DNA from: Selaginella moellendorffii
Taxonomy: Eukaryota > Plantae > Lycopodiophyta
DNA: 64,000 nt
Reading direction: 5' to 3'
NCBI RefSeq assembly: GCF_000143415.4
Contig: NW_003314402.1
Location: 73,804-137,803 of the forward strand
Below the pieces are notes generated by a model. It saw only the letters and a program-made list of their open reading frames with translations. It was not told the DNA's origin and searched no databases. Positions 51,337 through 64,000 of the stretch are shown here, one piece after another (positions within the stretch are counted from its first letter, which is position 1; each line of letters starts with the position of its first letter). The position numbers and the translations under genes are program-made.

Positions 51337-53399
51337 ATGGCGGACAGCGAAGGAGCAGGCGATCGCGTCGCAAGCGGCGACGAGCAAGGTATGCATGCTA
51401 GGATCGAGAAGCAGCAGCAGCGCCAGCGCCGGCGCCGCGCCGCGATTTCGCTGGCCTAGAGAGCCGGAGTAGCCGATCTAGATTCATGCAAGCATATCAT
51501 CTCTAGGAAATTGAGCTGAACGCTGAGGCTTTGCAGGCGATCGCGTCGATTCCTCTCGTCTCCGCGGCCAGGGCGGCTAGAAAGCCGGGGCGCATTCTAG
51601 AGTTTCGGAGTTTCTGGGGCGATCAGTCATGTAGCGGGCAGTGATTCTCTCACATGGAGCTGGGAGTCAGCCATGACGTGGAATCCGCCACAAGTTCCTC
51701 CCAGCTTGTCCGCCTTGACTGCCACTACTCAGGCCGAGGATGAACTGGGCGTGGATGTGTCGTCTCCCAGCGGCGATTTGCTGCTCCATTTTCTCAAGAG
51801 CGGTGGGGGCGACGAGCAGCTGAGGAGCAGTAGCAGCTACAGGACCCAGCAGTCGCACCTTACGGTCCCTGCCACAGCTTTGCTCCTTCTGGAGGACCTG
51901 GAGGAGGAGGAGAAGGTCCTCCTCCACGACCACTCTACGTCCCAGCAATAAGATTTGGTGGGTGGTCACCTCACTTCCAGCAGCACCAAGACCCACTTTT
52001 CCCTTCGGATCCATTCTTGACTCCGTCGGACCACTGATTTCTACGCTCGTTTGCTCCTCTTCCAGTCGAGAGACCGTTCCATCCAGTGCCGTATCCTTTT
52101 CTAAATGCTCCGACTTTGCAGCCTGCTGATACAGTGGTTCATCCGCCGCATTCCTCTGGGGAGCTTAAAGCTCGTCCTGGCCTTCACTTCGAGTCTCCGG
52201 TGTTTGGACCCAGCGCAGCAGAGACCTCGGACTCCAAACGCGCCCCAGAGCAGCCGAGGAGATCGGTTACACACAAGCAACAATTCCACGGCAATGGTTC
52301 CGAGCTCCTTCAGTTGTTACAGGGTGGTTCTGGTCGTGTGAAGCCCACAGCCTCCACAAAGGTGGATGCTACACAGGACAGTGGAGATTCTGGAGAGCCA
52401 TCAAAGAAAGGAAGTCCATCTGCTGTTCACGGCCCCATAGGACCGCCGAGGCGTCATGTCGTTTCTCCTCCGCAGAGTCCAAATGACCTCCTTGGACGTT
52501 TGTGGGCTGCTCTTCCGTCGTCAGGCCACACTTTGTTTGACGGAGAAAGCAAACGCAAGACGTCAGCCCGGAGCTTTGGCGTTGAAGTGAACGAGGTGTC
52601 CCGGGAAGTCGATGGCGGTGGAGCTGCTGGTTTCGCACTTTTGAAGCGAAGGGGATCGGAGCCTGCCGCCTCGCACTGCCTTTAAACGGCTACGCCTATA
52701 ACGACTCTAAGACAAATGATAAGCCAAGGACAAACTCAGCATCCGGAAGACTACAGGACTATCGTGGGAGATACGTAAATGGAGAGGCCGAAGTTGAGCC
52801 CGGAGGCGATGACTTTAGAGGTGCGGGAAGGCGTCGAGGTACCGGTCGTGCAGACGCCAGACGCGGTGGTCGGGGTGCTGTTGGCCAGTGGATTGCGGTA
52901 AATGAGAGGCATAAAGATGCTGAGCCAAGTGACATCACCTCCTGCGATATCTCTGATGGAAGGGACGAGTCGCTTAAATCTTCAAACGGGACTTAGTCGA
53001 ATGCTAGGACAAAACATCAACAGGAATGGAGGATAAAACAGGCTGACTCAAAGGCAGCATTTCCAGCGGAGAAAAAACCGGACTACAAGGTTCCAAAGGC
53101 ACGGTCTTCGGCATCTCAACTTGGCATCTCAACTTGAACGTCCAGGCTTGCCATCGGGAAGTACGCAAAACTCTTCCGTTGGTGCGGCTTTTGAGGAGTC
53201 CAAACAGAGGCTCCATAATCTAGATGCTTTGGAAGGAGAAGGCGTGACGACCTCTCTAGATCTCGAGGAGCTACAAATTGACGGTCACCGTCGTGAGGGT
53301 AACACTCCACAGTTTGACAAGGTTTGTGCTTGCCTTTTTTCTTTCTTTATTTTCATGTGTTTGTATCTCTGGTTACAGCCGAAGGAGAACCGTTTCAGG
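51337..53399 (+). pseudogene. URT1-like 5' fragment
   Basis: Paralogous to 42699-44676. Confidence 0.72.
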
Positions 53400-53668
53400 A
53401 CCTCTGAAGAACTAAAGGTATGCATATGCATATTCTTAATATTGTTATGTTTTACCATTTACTCTATACACCAGATTTTAAAATACTCAAAACCACGAGA
53501 GTAAAGTAATATCCTGAGAATACGATTTGTAAGCAAAACAGAAACTATGTCTTCTCCAAACGCTGCTGACGGCTTGGAAATCTCTGTTTTTGTTTTTTGA
53601 GTTATGCAAAATAGTGTAGCATTTGCGCAGATCGAGAACCCAATCGATGTCCACTGAAGGAGCAAGGT

Positions 53669-56600
53669 TTAAGCCCAGAAGATTATCTGGAGATCCGGCC
53701 GCTCCTCAAGCCATGTTGGAACTTTCGAACCTTTTGGGCAGTATACGACTTTGAGCCTGGGAAATAAGCCAAGGCCGTGATTGTCTGAACTCAATTGGGA
53801 CCACACTACATCATCATGATCAGAGAGCACAAGTTCCTCCAATCCTGAAAGGGATGCAACGGATGATGGAATATCTTCGATCCCATAGAAGTGCACACGT
53901 CTTAAAAGAGTCATCTGGTCTGTTGGCTCAAAGAAATCATTGGGGAGCTGCCTCATACAGCCCTTCCGCAAAGATAATGCGAACCGTTTCACCTTCAGCT
54001 GTGATCTCTCGGTTGGCATCAAGAGTCTCCTCATGTAACCTTCTACTCTCAGTTCCTCAAGGTCTTTGGGGAGTTGTGTCACAAAGAGAGGCAAATGCTC
54101 CCATGTATTATCAGGAGCCAGATAGAATCTTAACCTCTTCAGGTTTGGAAGACTTGCTGCCAAATCATCCTTGAACTTCGACTGTGCAATGTGCAGGTTT
54201 CCAAGCTCCAGCCATTCGAGGCATGGGAACGATCCATCCAGACTGAAGAACTGGATACCACTGCAGTCTAGTTGAAGTTCTCGTAGCCGTTGAAAGACCT
54301 TTAGCCAAGACAGGTCTTTCATTGTCTCATTGTTTATGATCGTTAAAAGTTGTAGCTGTGGCCATTCAAGGCTTTCGGCATTGTTTTCACCGTCTTGTAC
54401 CCCGTCAATCGAAAAGTTCTGAAGCTGTTTGGAATTCTTAAACATTCGCTTCCAGTCAAGTTTGATAGTCGATTGCACGCTAATGTGACATCGTCTTAGA
54501 TTGACAAGTTGCCACGGGCCGGTGAAATCGCCAAAGTCCATGCTCTTTGCACGCAACTCCAGTGTCTCAATGTCCACTAGTGCACCAAGGTTGTGAGGTA
54601 TTTTTATTGTTGCACCTTTGAAGTCTAGCTTTAAATCTCTTAGCTTGTGTAGGCTTGAAATTCCACTCAAATCCATAGCCACAGCTAACTCCTTACAAGA
54701 TTCAAGCTCCAGACGTTTGAGGCATGGGAACGATCCATCCAGACTGAAGAACTGGATACCACTGCAGTCTAGGTGAAGGTCTCGTAGCCGTTGAAAGACC
54801 TTTAGCCAAGACAGGTCTTTCATTGTCTCATTGTTTGCGATGGATAAAGCTTGTAGCTGCAGCCATTCGAGGCTTTCGGCATTGTTTTCACCGTGTTGTA
54901 CCCCGTCAATCGAAAAGTGCTGAAGCTGTTTGGAATTCTTAAACATTCGCTTCCAGTCAAGTTTGATAGTCGATTTCACCCTAATCTCACATCGTTTCAG
55001 ATTGACAAGTTGCCACGGGCCTGTGAAATCGCCAAAGTCCATGCTCTTTGCACGCAACACCAGTGTCTCAATGTCCTCTAGTGCACCAAGGCCGTGAGGT
55101 ATTTTTATTGTTGCCTTGTGGAGGCCTAGCTCTAAATGTCTTAGCTTGTGTAGGCTTGAAATTCCACTCAAATCCACAGCTAACTCCTCAAAGGAATAAA
55201 GCTCCAGCTCTTCCAAGTTGAATAATTGGGGCACTAATCCAAAGTTGAGATTTCTGGTAGCCTTGCATTTCAAAACCTTCAGTGATGTCAAGCTGAAGAG
55301 CGCATCTGGTAATATTGTCACACTTGATGGTACAAGGCACATCTCTCGAAGGTCAAGCACTTGAAGGTTTCTCAGCTTGGATATGCTCTCTGGAATAAAA
55401 CGGACCAAATTATCGCATCCATTCAAGCTCAATACCTTGACATTTTGGATGTGATCTATAATAAGACTGACATCCACACCAGAAATTTTATGACATCGAT
55501 CGAGAAGCAAGACATCTCGCACATGAATGTCAGACAAAAGGCTGCTTGTAACCTTCTTTCCAATGAATGAAACTTTAGAAAATGTTGGAGAAATCCCAGG
55601 TGGACAATCATAGCCAAACAGGCATCCCTTCTCGTGCTCTTCCTGGGGTGGGTACTTCCCTTTCAAGATTCTTATGCACAGCTTGCGTACCATATCGTGC
55701 ACAGTTACATACTTGTCCCGAAGTATACTAGTTGTCTTCACTAGGCATCTTCGTTCCAGTTCACTAACAATCTGCAGAGGCGAGAGTTCTGACCCAACCG
55801 CTATCCAACATTTTCTCAGATCATCAAAGTTGATGTTCCAATCTTCTGGAAACGCAGCCACATAGAGAAAGCACTCTTGCAGCTTTTCATCCTTATTAAA
55901 GCGTCCCAGCTCGTCATAGCTAAACTTCAAGCGCTGGAACATCCGCTTCTCAATGTCCCCGTCATTCAACAAATGCATCTTCTGATAGCGTTCTTTCCAC
56001 ACCTGTGGCCCCTCATTCCTGTAGACAGCCATGGCACTGCCAATCACTTCAAGAGCTAGAGGGAGCCCCTCACATTTGCTAGCTATTCTCTCGGCAACTT
56101 TCACAATGTCCGGATCACTAGGTCGTGAATCACGAAAGGCAAACTTCCAAAACATCTTTTCGCTCTCGGCCTTTGATAGCATACACACACGAAATGTTTT
56201 TGCACCCAGCATGCTCAAAATGTCTTCCTTTCTGGTTGTTACCAGCACCCGGCTGTAAGAGGACGACCCTGCCATAAAATCCAGTCTCTCGGCCCAGCTC
56301 ATGTCCCACACATCATCCAGTATCAGCAAGACACAAATTCCACGAGCAACATTTTGTGCCAAGTGCTGCACATGCTCAAGGGTGCCTGCATTTTGGGCCC
56401 TCTCTTTCATGCCGCCCCATTCAAGAGCGTTGAGGAGCTGGGCCCTGAGATCATCCTCCGATGCATCTTTCTTGACAGTAATCCACACAATGTTGTCATG
56501 GAAATGCTGGCGGACCCTCTGGTCATTGTTCACGAATCTTGCAAGGGTGGTCTTGCCACACCCTCCCATTCCCAGGAGTCCAAACCATTTCCCCGGGGCT

Positions 56601-57532
56601 TGTGGATCCAGGAGGGCATTCACCACCTCATCCACCTGCTCCCCATGGCGGCCAAACATGTCGCTGGGCTCGGGAACACCATGCCGTACATACTTTACGA
56701 GACCTCTGTCTTGTGGACAGCTCCGTACGGAAAAGCTGGTGCTCGGCTGTATCACTCTCAACTCTTCTCGCTCGTACCTTTCAATGTGCGGGAGGAGATC
56801 GTTCTCGCAAGTGCGTACCAGCTCCGAAATCGCGCCAGATCGCTTCTCCCTGCGCGACAGATCCATCTTTTAGCTCCATTGCTTCAAACATGAATTCGAA
56901 TAAGCCTTACTGTGATCCAAGCAGCGCTTGCGCCGTCTTAGTCCATTCAGTCAGTTCAGTCAGCCACGCCTCAGCCTCACCAGAGTAGCGGAAATCTGGA
57001 TTCCTGTGCTTGGGAGCATTAAACTTGTCGAGCGTGGCCTGGATTCTGGATGCCCTCTTCTTTAGCTCCTCAATGTGGACATTCAGCTCATGCTCGTGAC
57101 CTTGGATCTGCGACAGGAGATCGTCGTAGGCACTTAAGGACTTCGCGATCTCGTTACTCCGCTTGTACCTATAGGAAGTGGAGAAGTTCAACCAGCTGCC
57201 TGCCATTTCTACACACACACACACACACAAAAGATAAAATGCTACTGTACCGACCGCTTTATGGGGCTCCAGATCCTGTTGTGGCGTGATCCCAAGAGTG
57301 CTTGTGCGTTGGTGTTCCATTTCCTGACACGCTCCAAGCATTCCTCGGCCGCTTGAGAGAACGTGAAGCCAGAATTCTGCTGCTTGTGATCACTGAAAGC
57401 GTTGATCTTGGCCTGGATGTGGTGCGCCTTGTTCTCCAGCGTTTCAATGTTGGCATTGCAGTCCCATATCTTCTTAGCAGGGGCCAGAGCCAAGCCACAC
57501 AAGACGCTTGTCAAGGAGCCCACAACCTCCAT
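53669..57532 (-). CDS. NLR copy 6: CC-CC-NB-ARC-LRR, about 1238 aa, duplicated LRR block; exons 57532-57255, 57168-56911, 56849-53669
   Basis: Same motifs and conserved splice sites; main ORF 53669-56866 is uninterrupted. Confidence 0.9.
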
Positions 57533-57649
57533 GGCTGTAGACCTACAAGTAAAGGTTGTCTCCCTCCCAGAAAGAAGCGCAATATTAACTCTTGACCTTG
57601 TAGATCGGAATTCTTCACTTTTTTCACAGCTGTGACTCACTCACTCTAA

Positions 57650-57920
57650 GAGATTCACAGTGAGCACCGCAACGATCGCTACATCGCTCGCAAGAAACAC
57701 CTCTATTTGTCCAAACAGACAAAGGTGAAGTACTTTTAAGACGCCCGAGAAGAACATCGTCTTTTCTCTTGTACGGCGTTGATCCAGGCGTACGGGAATA
57801 GAGGGCTCCTCTGCCGATCTTTGATGGGATCCGGGCGATCTTGTCACCGACGTCTTGAAAGATCTTAGATTCTATCCGCAATCGCCCAGTCAATGCGATC
57901 CTGGCGATGGGTGCTCCATA
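57650..57920 (+). pseudogene. Short PPR-fragment mosaic upstream of NLR copy 6
   Basis: Pieces match 39767-39800 and 40190-40340. Confidence 0.5.
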
Positions 57921-58154
57921 TCATTCTATTCCCGCCCGGACGTGATCTCCAGGATTTGCGAAGAAGAAGCTCTTCGATCAGATGCGCGATGCTGGCGCGC
58001 AATTGATTGGAGCTTCCCGCTACATTTTCCCGCGCTATCGTCTCTACTTCTCCATTCTAGGGTTCTTTCTTGGAGGCGACGTAGGTTTTCTATTGCCCGC
58101 GTGGTCGAGGAGACGGCGCTGGGGGGCGGCCTTGATCGGCGTTCTGGAGCTGCC

Positions 58155-60467
58155 CCTGCAAAAGCTGAGGCTTCTAGGACAGCAAAAATTGCCGAGGTGA
58201 GCAATGATAGTGGAGCAGAGGATTTATATGATTCGGGAGTAGAAAGTGGAGCAATCGATGGTGAGGAAGAAGAGGTAAACAAGATTATGGCTGGAGGAGG
58301 AAACGATGCTGAGGTGGAAAGAACAACAGTGGTCGAGAGCTCCATTGAGACTGTCAGGAAACATGGCGAAGCTGTTTCTACTTTCAATCAGAGGTAGTGC
58401 CTTGACCCACGGTAATCCCGTTAAGATGGAAGCTGGTTGTGGTTCCGTGAAAGCTGAAGCTTCGGTTTCGATCGCAGCTGGATGTGATCCTATGAAAGTA
58501 GATGGCTTGGTGAAGATGGAAGCTGGTTTTGAGTCTGCAAGAGTCGAAGCCCCGGTTGGCTCGGTGAAGATGGAACCTGGTTATCATACTGTGAAAGTTG
58601 AAACTCCATTCGGGGGTGGTAAAGCTGCCCATTTGTCTGAAGCGAAGGTGGTTCCAATAGAAAATGACACGGCTAAAGCTGCAGAAAAGCAACCGGTTGT
58701 TTTAGATGCAGAGAGGTGGTGGCTTCTCCAAGAGACTGAAGTTGCCGGGTACTCGACGTCCAGGGGATGCCGGATTCGTGTTGGCGAGTTCGTGTCCTTC
58801 AATTTTCCCAAGCCTGAAGCCGAAAGTAAGAAGAAGTTCTTTGAGCACAAGAGGGTTCGGCCGAAAGCGAGCTCCGACATTGTAAGGTTCTTGACAAAAG
58901 CTTCAGGAGAGGTACGTTTCACTTGACTTGTTTCTTCGTTTTACTTCTAACCATTTGCTCACAGATAGGACGGCTTCCAGCCGACTGGGCCAAGTGTTTG
59001 ATACCTTTGGGAAGTGCAAAATGGCACCAGAGGCTCTTTCTCTTATGAGCAGCATAGTTCTCCATTTGAGGTAGAGTTTCTGTGTTTACCAGAGACGTTA
59101 CGTATATGATGTGCTTGTGTTTATATCAACAAGTCAGAAGCCTTACGAGGAGGGGGTTGAGCGCGGATTGAAGCTTCTGCAAGCTATCTTGAAGCCGTTA
59201 ATGCTTCGAAGAAAAAAAGATTCAACTGATAAAGAAGAAAGGTAAGCATTTTTTTCTTTGCACCGTGCCTTGTCTTGTATTCACTCACAAGTTGGATTCA
59301 CAGACCAATTCCTGTTCTCCAACCGGCTCAATGTGAAGTTATTGAATGCAAACTATCTGAGCCTGAATGCCCTTTACCACAGATCTAAGGCATGAAGAAC
59401 TTCTCTTTCTTTTATTTTCTCGTTTTTTCTGAACACGTTTTTGCTTTTGTGATCAGGTAAAATTCGATCAGTTCGTTGAACAAGGTAAAGTTCTCCATAA
59501 CTATGCCTCGATCCTCGAACTGCTACTTCGATTACGGCAAGCTTGTGATCATCCTTTTCTTGTTCTGAGGTAGAAAATGCATCCTCTTATGTCTGAAGTT
59601 CCTGACGTTTTCTTCGTCACGCAGCCGTGGCGATACTGAAGACTTTGCGGACCTGGGAAAGCTGGCTAGACGTTTCTTGGACAAGAATTCCTCCCAGGTG
59701 CCTTCGACGGCTATGTCAAAGAGGTGGTGGATGATATTCGTAAAGGAGAAAGTGCTGAGTGCCCAATTTGTTTGGAGATGCACGCAGTTCTCACACCATG
59801 CGCTCATTGAATGTGAGCGCCGGAGGTCCCTGTCCAATATCCGAGGTAACATATTGTTTTTTTTCTCGAGCTCTTTTCCATATCCATAGCTATCATGCAG
59901 GCGTTCCTGTACGAAATAGGAACTCATAACTGTACCAACAAGTAATCGGTTTCGAATAAATGTCGAGGAGCAGTGGAAGGAGTCGTCCAAAGTCGAGGCT
60001 CTGCTGCACCACCTCCAGACGTTAAGTGAGGCCGGGTCGAAAAGCGTTGTTTTTAGTCAGTGGACAGCGTTTCTCGACTTGTTAGAGATACCATTGAAAA
60101 GGTACGAGCGTCTTTCCTTTTGGTGCTTTCTCTTTGTTTGTGTTTCTAACAATGCACTGCCAGGAAGAACTTCTGTTTCGTCCGCTTGGACGGAACACTA
60201 TCGCAGCGTCAGCGAGAACAAGTGCTCAAAAACTTCAGCAATATTCCAGCCGTGGCCGTAAGCTTTTCGTGTTGCTTACCTCCAAGAAACCACTCTATTT
60301 TGTGGACAGGTCATGCTCATGCTTTTCTCATGGTATGCGCTATAGTTATCTTTTTTAGCCATCTTCCGAGTCGAGCATCGGTCAGACGAAGAACGTATCG
60401 ATCAAGCGATTCATCGTCAAAGTAAGCGCCAGTTGAAACTCTCTTTGACGTTTCTCATGTCTCTAGA
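58155..60467 (+). pseudogene. RAD5: RAD5-like pseudogene lacking both termini
   Basis: ORF 58306-58926 (HIRAN); disrupted RING at 59745-59850; HELICc remnants. Confidence 0.85.
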
Positions 60468-60605
60468 GGCGAGACATGAGACAGAAGAACTGGAACATAG
60501 TTAAAGAGGGGAATATGCTTCTAGCATCGGCGCGTAGATAGTTCATAGGCTATGGATATAGGAGCTTTGGCTAGGTTACAAGCATTTCTAGGTTTCTTCG
60601 CGGCT

Positions 60606-62607
60606 ATGGCGGACAGCGAAGGAGCAGGCGATCGCGTCGCAAGCGCGTTTGATTCCGGCAGCATCGGCGACGAGCAAGGTATGCATGCTAGGATCGCCTC
60701 GAGAAGCAGCAGCAGCGCCGGCGCCGGCGCCGCGCCGCGATTTCGCTGGCCTAGAGCCGAGTATGATCTCTAGGAAATTGAGCTGAACGCTGAGGCTTTG
60801 CAGGCGATCGCGTTGATTCCTCTCGTCTCCGCGGCCGGGGCGGCTAGAAAGCCGGGGCGCATTCTAGAGTTTCGGGGTTTCTGGGGCGATCAGTCATGTA
60901 GCGGGCAGTGATTCTCTCACAGGGAGCTGGAAGTCAGCCATGACGTGGAATCCGCCACAAGTTCCTCCCAGCTTGTCCGCCTTGACTGCCACTACTCAGG
61001 CCGACGATGAACTGGGCGTGGATGTGTCGTCTCCCAGCGGCGATTTGCTACTCCAATTTCTCAAGAGTGGTGGGGGCGACGATTAGCTGAGGAGCAGTAG
61101 CAGCTACAGGACCCAGCAGTCGCAGCTCACGGTCCCTGCCACAGCTTTGCTCCTTCTGGAGGAGGAGGAGAAGGTCCTCCTCCACGACCACTCTACGTCC
61201 CAGCAACAAGATTTGGTGGGTGGTCACCTCACTTCCAGCGGCACCAAAACCCACTTTTCCCTTCGGATCCATTCTTGACTCCGTCGGACCACTGATTTCT
61301 ACGCTCGTTTGCTCCTCTTCCAGTCGAGAGACCGTTCCATCCGCCAGTGCCGTATCCTTTTCCAAATGCTCCGACTTTCCAGCCTGCTGATAATGTGGTT
61401 CATCCGCCGCATTCCTCTGGGGAGCTTAAAGCTCGTCCTGGCCTTCACTTCGAGTCTCCGGTGTTTGGACCCAGCACAGCAGAGACCTCGGACTCCAAGC
61501 GCGCCCCAGAGCAGCCGAGGAGATCGGTTACACCTGCGAAGGATGACAAGCAACAATTCCACGGCAATGGTTCCGAGCTCCTTCAGTTGTTACAGGGTGG
61601 TCCTGGTCGTGTGAAGCCCACAGCCTCCACAAAGGTGGATGCTACACGGGACAGTGGGGATTCTGGAGAGCCATCAAAGAAAGGAAGTCCATCTGCTGTT
61701 CACGGCCCCATAGGACCGCCGAGGCGTCATGTCGTTTCTCCTCCGCAGAGTCCAAATGACCTCCTTGGACGTTTGTGGGCTGCTCTTCCGTCGTCAAGCC
61801 ACACTTTGTTTGACGGAGAAAGCGAACGCAAGACGTCAGCCCGGAGCTTTGGCGTTGAAGTGAACGAGATGTCCCGGGAAGTCGATGGAGGTGGAGCTGC
61901 TGGTTTCGCACTTTTGAAGCGAAGGGGATCGGAGCCTGCCGCCTCGCACTACCTTTAAACGACTACGACTATAACGACTCTAAGACAAATGATAAGCCGA
62001 GGACAAACTCAGCATCCGGAAGAGTATCGTGGGAGATACGTAAATGGAGAGGCCGAATTTGAGCCCGGAGGCGATGACTTTAGAGGTGCGGGAAGGCGTC
62101 GAGGTCCCGGTCGTGCAGACGCCAGACGCGGTGGTCGGGGTGCTGTTGGCCAGTGGATTGCGGTAAATGAGAGGCATAAAGATGCTGAGCCAAGACATCA
62201 CCTCCTGCGATATCTCTGATGGAAGGGACGAGTCGCTTAAATCTTCAAACGGGACTTAGTCGAATGCTAGGAGAAAACATCAACAGGAATGGAGGATCCG
62301 GACTACAAGGTTGCAAAGGCACGGTCTTTGGCATCTCAACTTGAACGTCCAGGCTTGCCATCGGGAAGTACGCAAAACTCTTCCGTTGGCGCGGCTTTTG
62401 AGGAGTCCAAACAGAGGCTCCATAATCTAGATGCTTTGGAAGGAGAAGGCGTGACGACCTCTCTAGATCTCGAGGAGCTACAAATTGACGGTCACCGTCG
62501 TGAGGGTAAAGCTCCACAGTTTTACAAGGTTTGTGCTTGCTTTTTTTCTTTCTCTATTTTCATGTGTTTGTATCTCTGGTTACAGCCGAAGGAGAACCGT
62601 TTCAGGA
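60606..62607 (+). pseudogene. URT1-like 5' fragment
   Basis: Paralogous to 42699-44676. Confidence 0.72.
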
Positions 62608-62887
62608 CCTCTGAAGAACTAAAGGTATGCATATGCATATTCTTAATATTGTTATGTTTTCCATGTTTTACCATTTACTCTATACACCAGATTTTAAAAT
62701 ACTCAAAACCACGAGAGTAAAGTAATATCCTGAGAATACGATTTGTAAGAAAAACAGAAACTGTGTCTTCTCCAAACGCTGCTGACGGCTTGGAAATCTC
62801 TGTTTTTGTTTTTTGAGTGATGCAAAATGGTGTAGCATTTGCGCAGATCTTCAAAAACCCAATCGATGTCCACTGAAGGAGCAAGGT

Positions 62888-64000
62888 TTAATCCCTGAAT
62901 TTTATCTGGAGATCCGGCCGCTCCTCAAGCCATGGTGGAACTTTCGTACCTTTTTGGCAGCGTAGGTCTTTGAGCCTGGGAAATAAGCCAAGGCCGTGAT
63001 TGTCTGAACTCAATTGGGACCACACTACATCATCATGATCAGAGAGCACAAGTTCCTCCAATCCGGGAAGGGATGCAATGGATGATGGAATATTTTCGAT
63101 CCTATTCAAGGTTACATCTCTTAGAGCAGTCATCTGGTCTGTTGGCTCAAAGAAATCATTGGGGAGCTGCCTCATACAGCCCTTCCGCAAAGATAATGCG
63201 AACCGTTTCACCTTCAGCTGTGATCTCTCGGTTGGCATCAAGAGTCTCCTCATGTAACCTTCTACTCTCAGTTCATCAAGGTCTTTGGGGAGTTGTGTCA
63301 CAAAGAGAGGCAAATGCTCCCATGTATTATCAGGAGCCAGATAGAATCTTAACCACTTCAGGTTTGGAAGACTTGCTGTGAACTCGGACTGTGCAATGTG
63401 TAGATTTTGAAGGCCCAGAACTTCAAGGCATGGGAACGATCCATCCAGACTGAAGAACTGGATACCACTGCAGTCTAGGTGAAGTACTTGTAGCCGTTGA
63501 AAGCCCTTTAGCCAAGACAGGTCTTTCATTGTCTCATTGTTTGTGATCCTTAAATATTGTAGCTGTAGCCATTCGAGGCTTTCGGCATTGTTTTCACCGT
63601 CTTGTACCCCGTCAATCGAAAAGAGCTGAAGCTGTTTGGAATTCTTAAACATTCGCTTCCAGTCAAGTTTGATAGTCGATTGCACGCTAATGTGACATCG
63701 TCTTAGATTGACAAGTTGCCACGGGCCGGTGAAATCGCCAAAGTCCATGCTCTTTGCACGCAACTCCAGTGTCTCAATGTCCACTAGTGCACCAAGGTTG
63801 TGAGGTATTTTTATTGTTGCACCTTTGAAGTCTAGCTTTAAATCTCTTAGCTTGTGTAGGCTTGAAATTCCACTCAAATCCATAGCCACAGCTAACTCCT
63901 TACAAGATTCAAGCTCCAGACGTTTGAGGCATGGGAACGATCCATCCAGACTGAAGAACTGGATACCACTGCAGTCTAGGTGAAGGTCTCGTAGCCGTTG
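62888..64000 (-). CDS. NLR copy 7: 3' (LRR) part, continues beyond the window end
   Basis: LRR homology runs to the window edge; it contains the same duplicated-block junction as copy 6. Confidence 0.8.
   Translation of the reverse strand, partial: QRLRDLHLDCSGIQFFSLDGSFPCLKRLELESCKELAVAMDLSGISSLHKLRDLKLDFKGATIKIPHNLGALVDIETLELRAKSMDFGDFTGPWQLVNLRRCHISVQSTIKLDWKRMFKNSKQLQLFSIDGVQDGENNAESLEWLQLQYLRITNNETMKDLSWLKGFQRLQVLHLDCSGIQFFSLDGSFPCLEVLGLQNLHIAQSEFTASLPNLKWLRFYLAPDNTWEHLPLFVTQLPKDLDELRVEGYMRRLLMPTERSQLKVKRFALSLRKGCMRQLPNDFFEPTDQMTALRDVTLNRIENIPSSIASLPGLEELVLSDHDDVVWSQLSSDNHGLGLFPRLKDLRCQKGTKVPPWLEERPDLQIKFRD

Noticed and set aside
1-64000. Prokaryotic features (CRISPR arrays, operons) and rRNA/tRNA genes
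   Set aside because: The sequence is intron-containing plant DNA; no repeat-spacer array or structural RNA gene was recognised.
1-64000. Array as a pure assembly artefact
   Set aside because: Copies carry distinct substitutions, indels and TE insertions beyond plausible read error; long-read confirmation is still advisable.

Overview
Eukaryotic land-plant genomic DNA. The tiny 50-95 nt introns, compact genes and PPR style suggest a lycophyte such as Selaginella; this is inference. The window is a rearranged tandem array of NLR immune-receptor genes, all on the - strand: three apparently intact copies (5877-9852, 14756-18120, 53669-57532), three internally truncated copies and one running off the window end. 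Spliced by hand, the intact genes have three exons and encode an unusual tandem CC-CC-NB-ARC-LRR protein. The two N-terminal helical repeats resemble RPS2-type or RPW8-type domains and each is cut by a phase-2 intron at the equivalent position. Between the NLRs, always on the + strand, lies a co-amplified train of broken housekeeping-gene fragments (PPR, RAD5-like SNF2/HIRAN/RING helicase, URT1-like uridylyltransferase, Rab7/RabG3), with a different set of short-homology deletions in each unit. The middle holds a decayed AT-rich DNA transposon (18965-29524; CACAA termini, GTT TSD) with a nested truncated LTR retrotransposon, and a second, 5'-deleted copy of the DNA transposon fused to an NLR remnant. 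Pseudogene boundaries are approximate and were read by eye.
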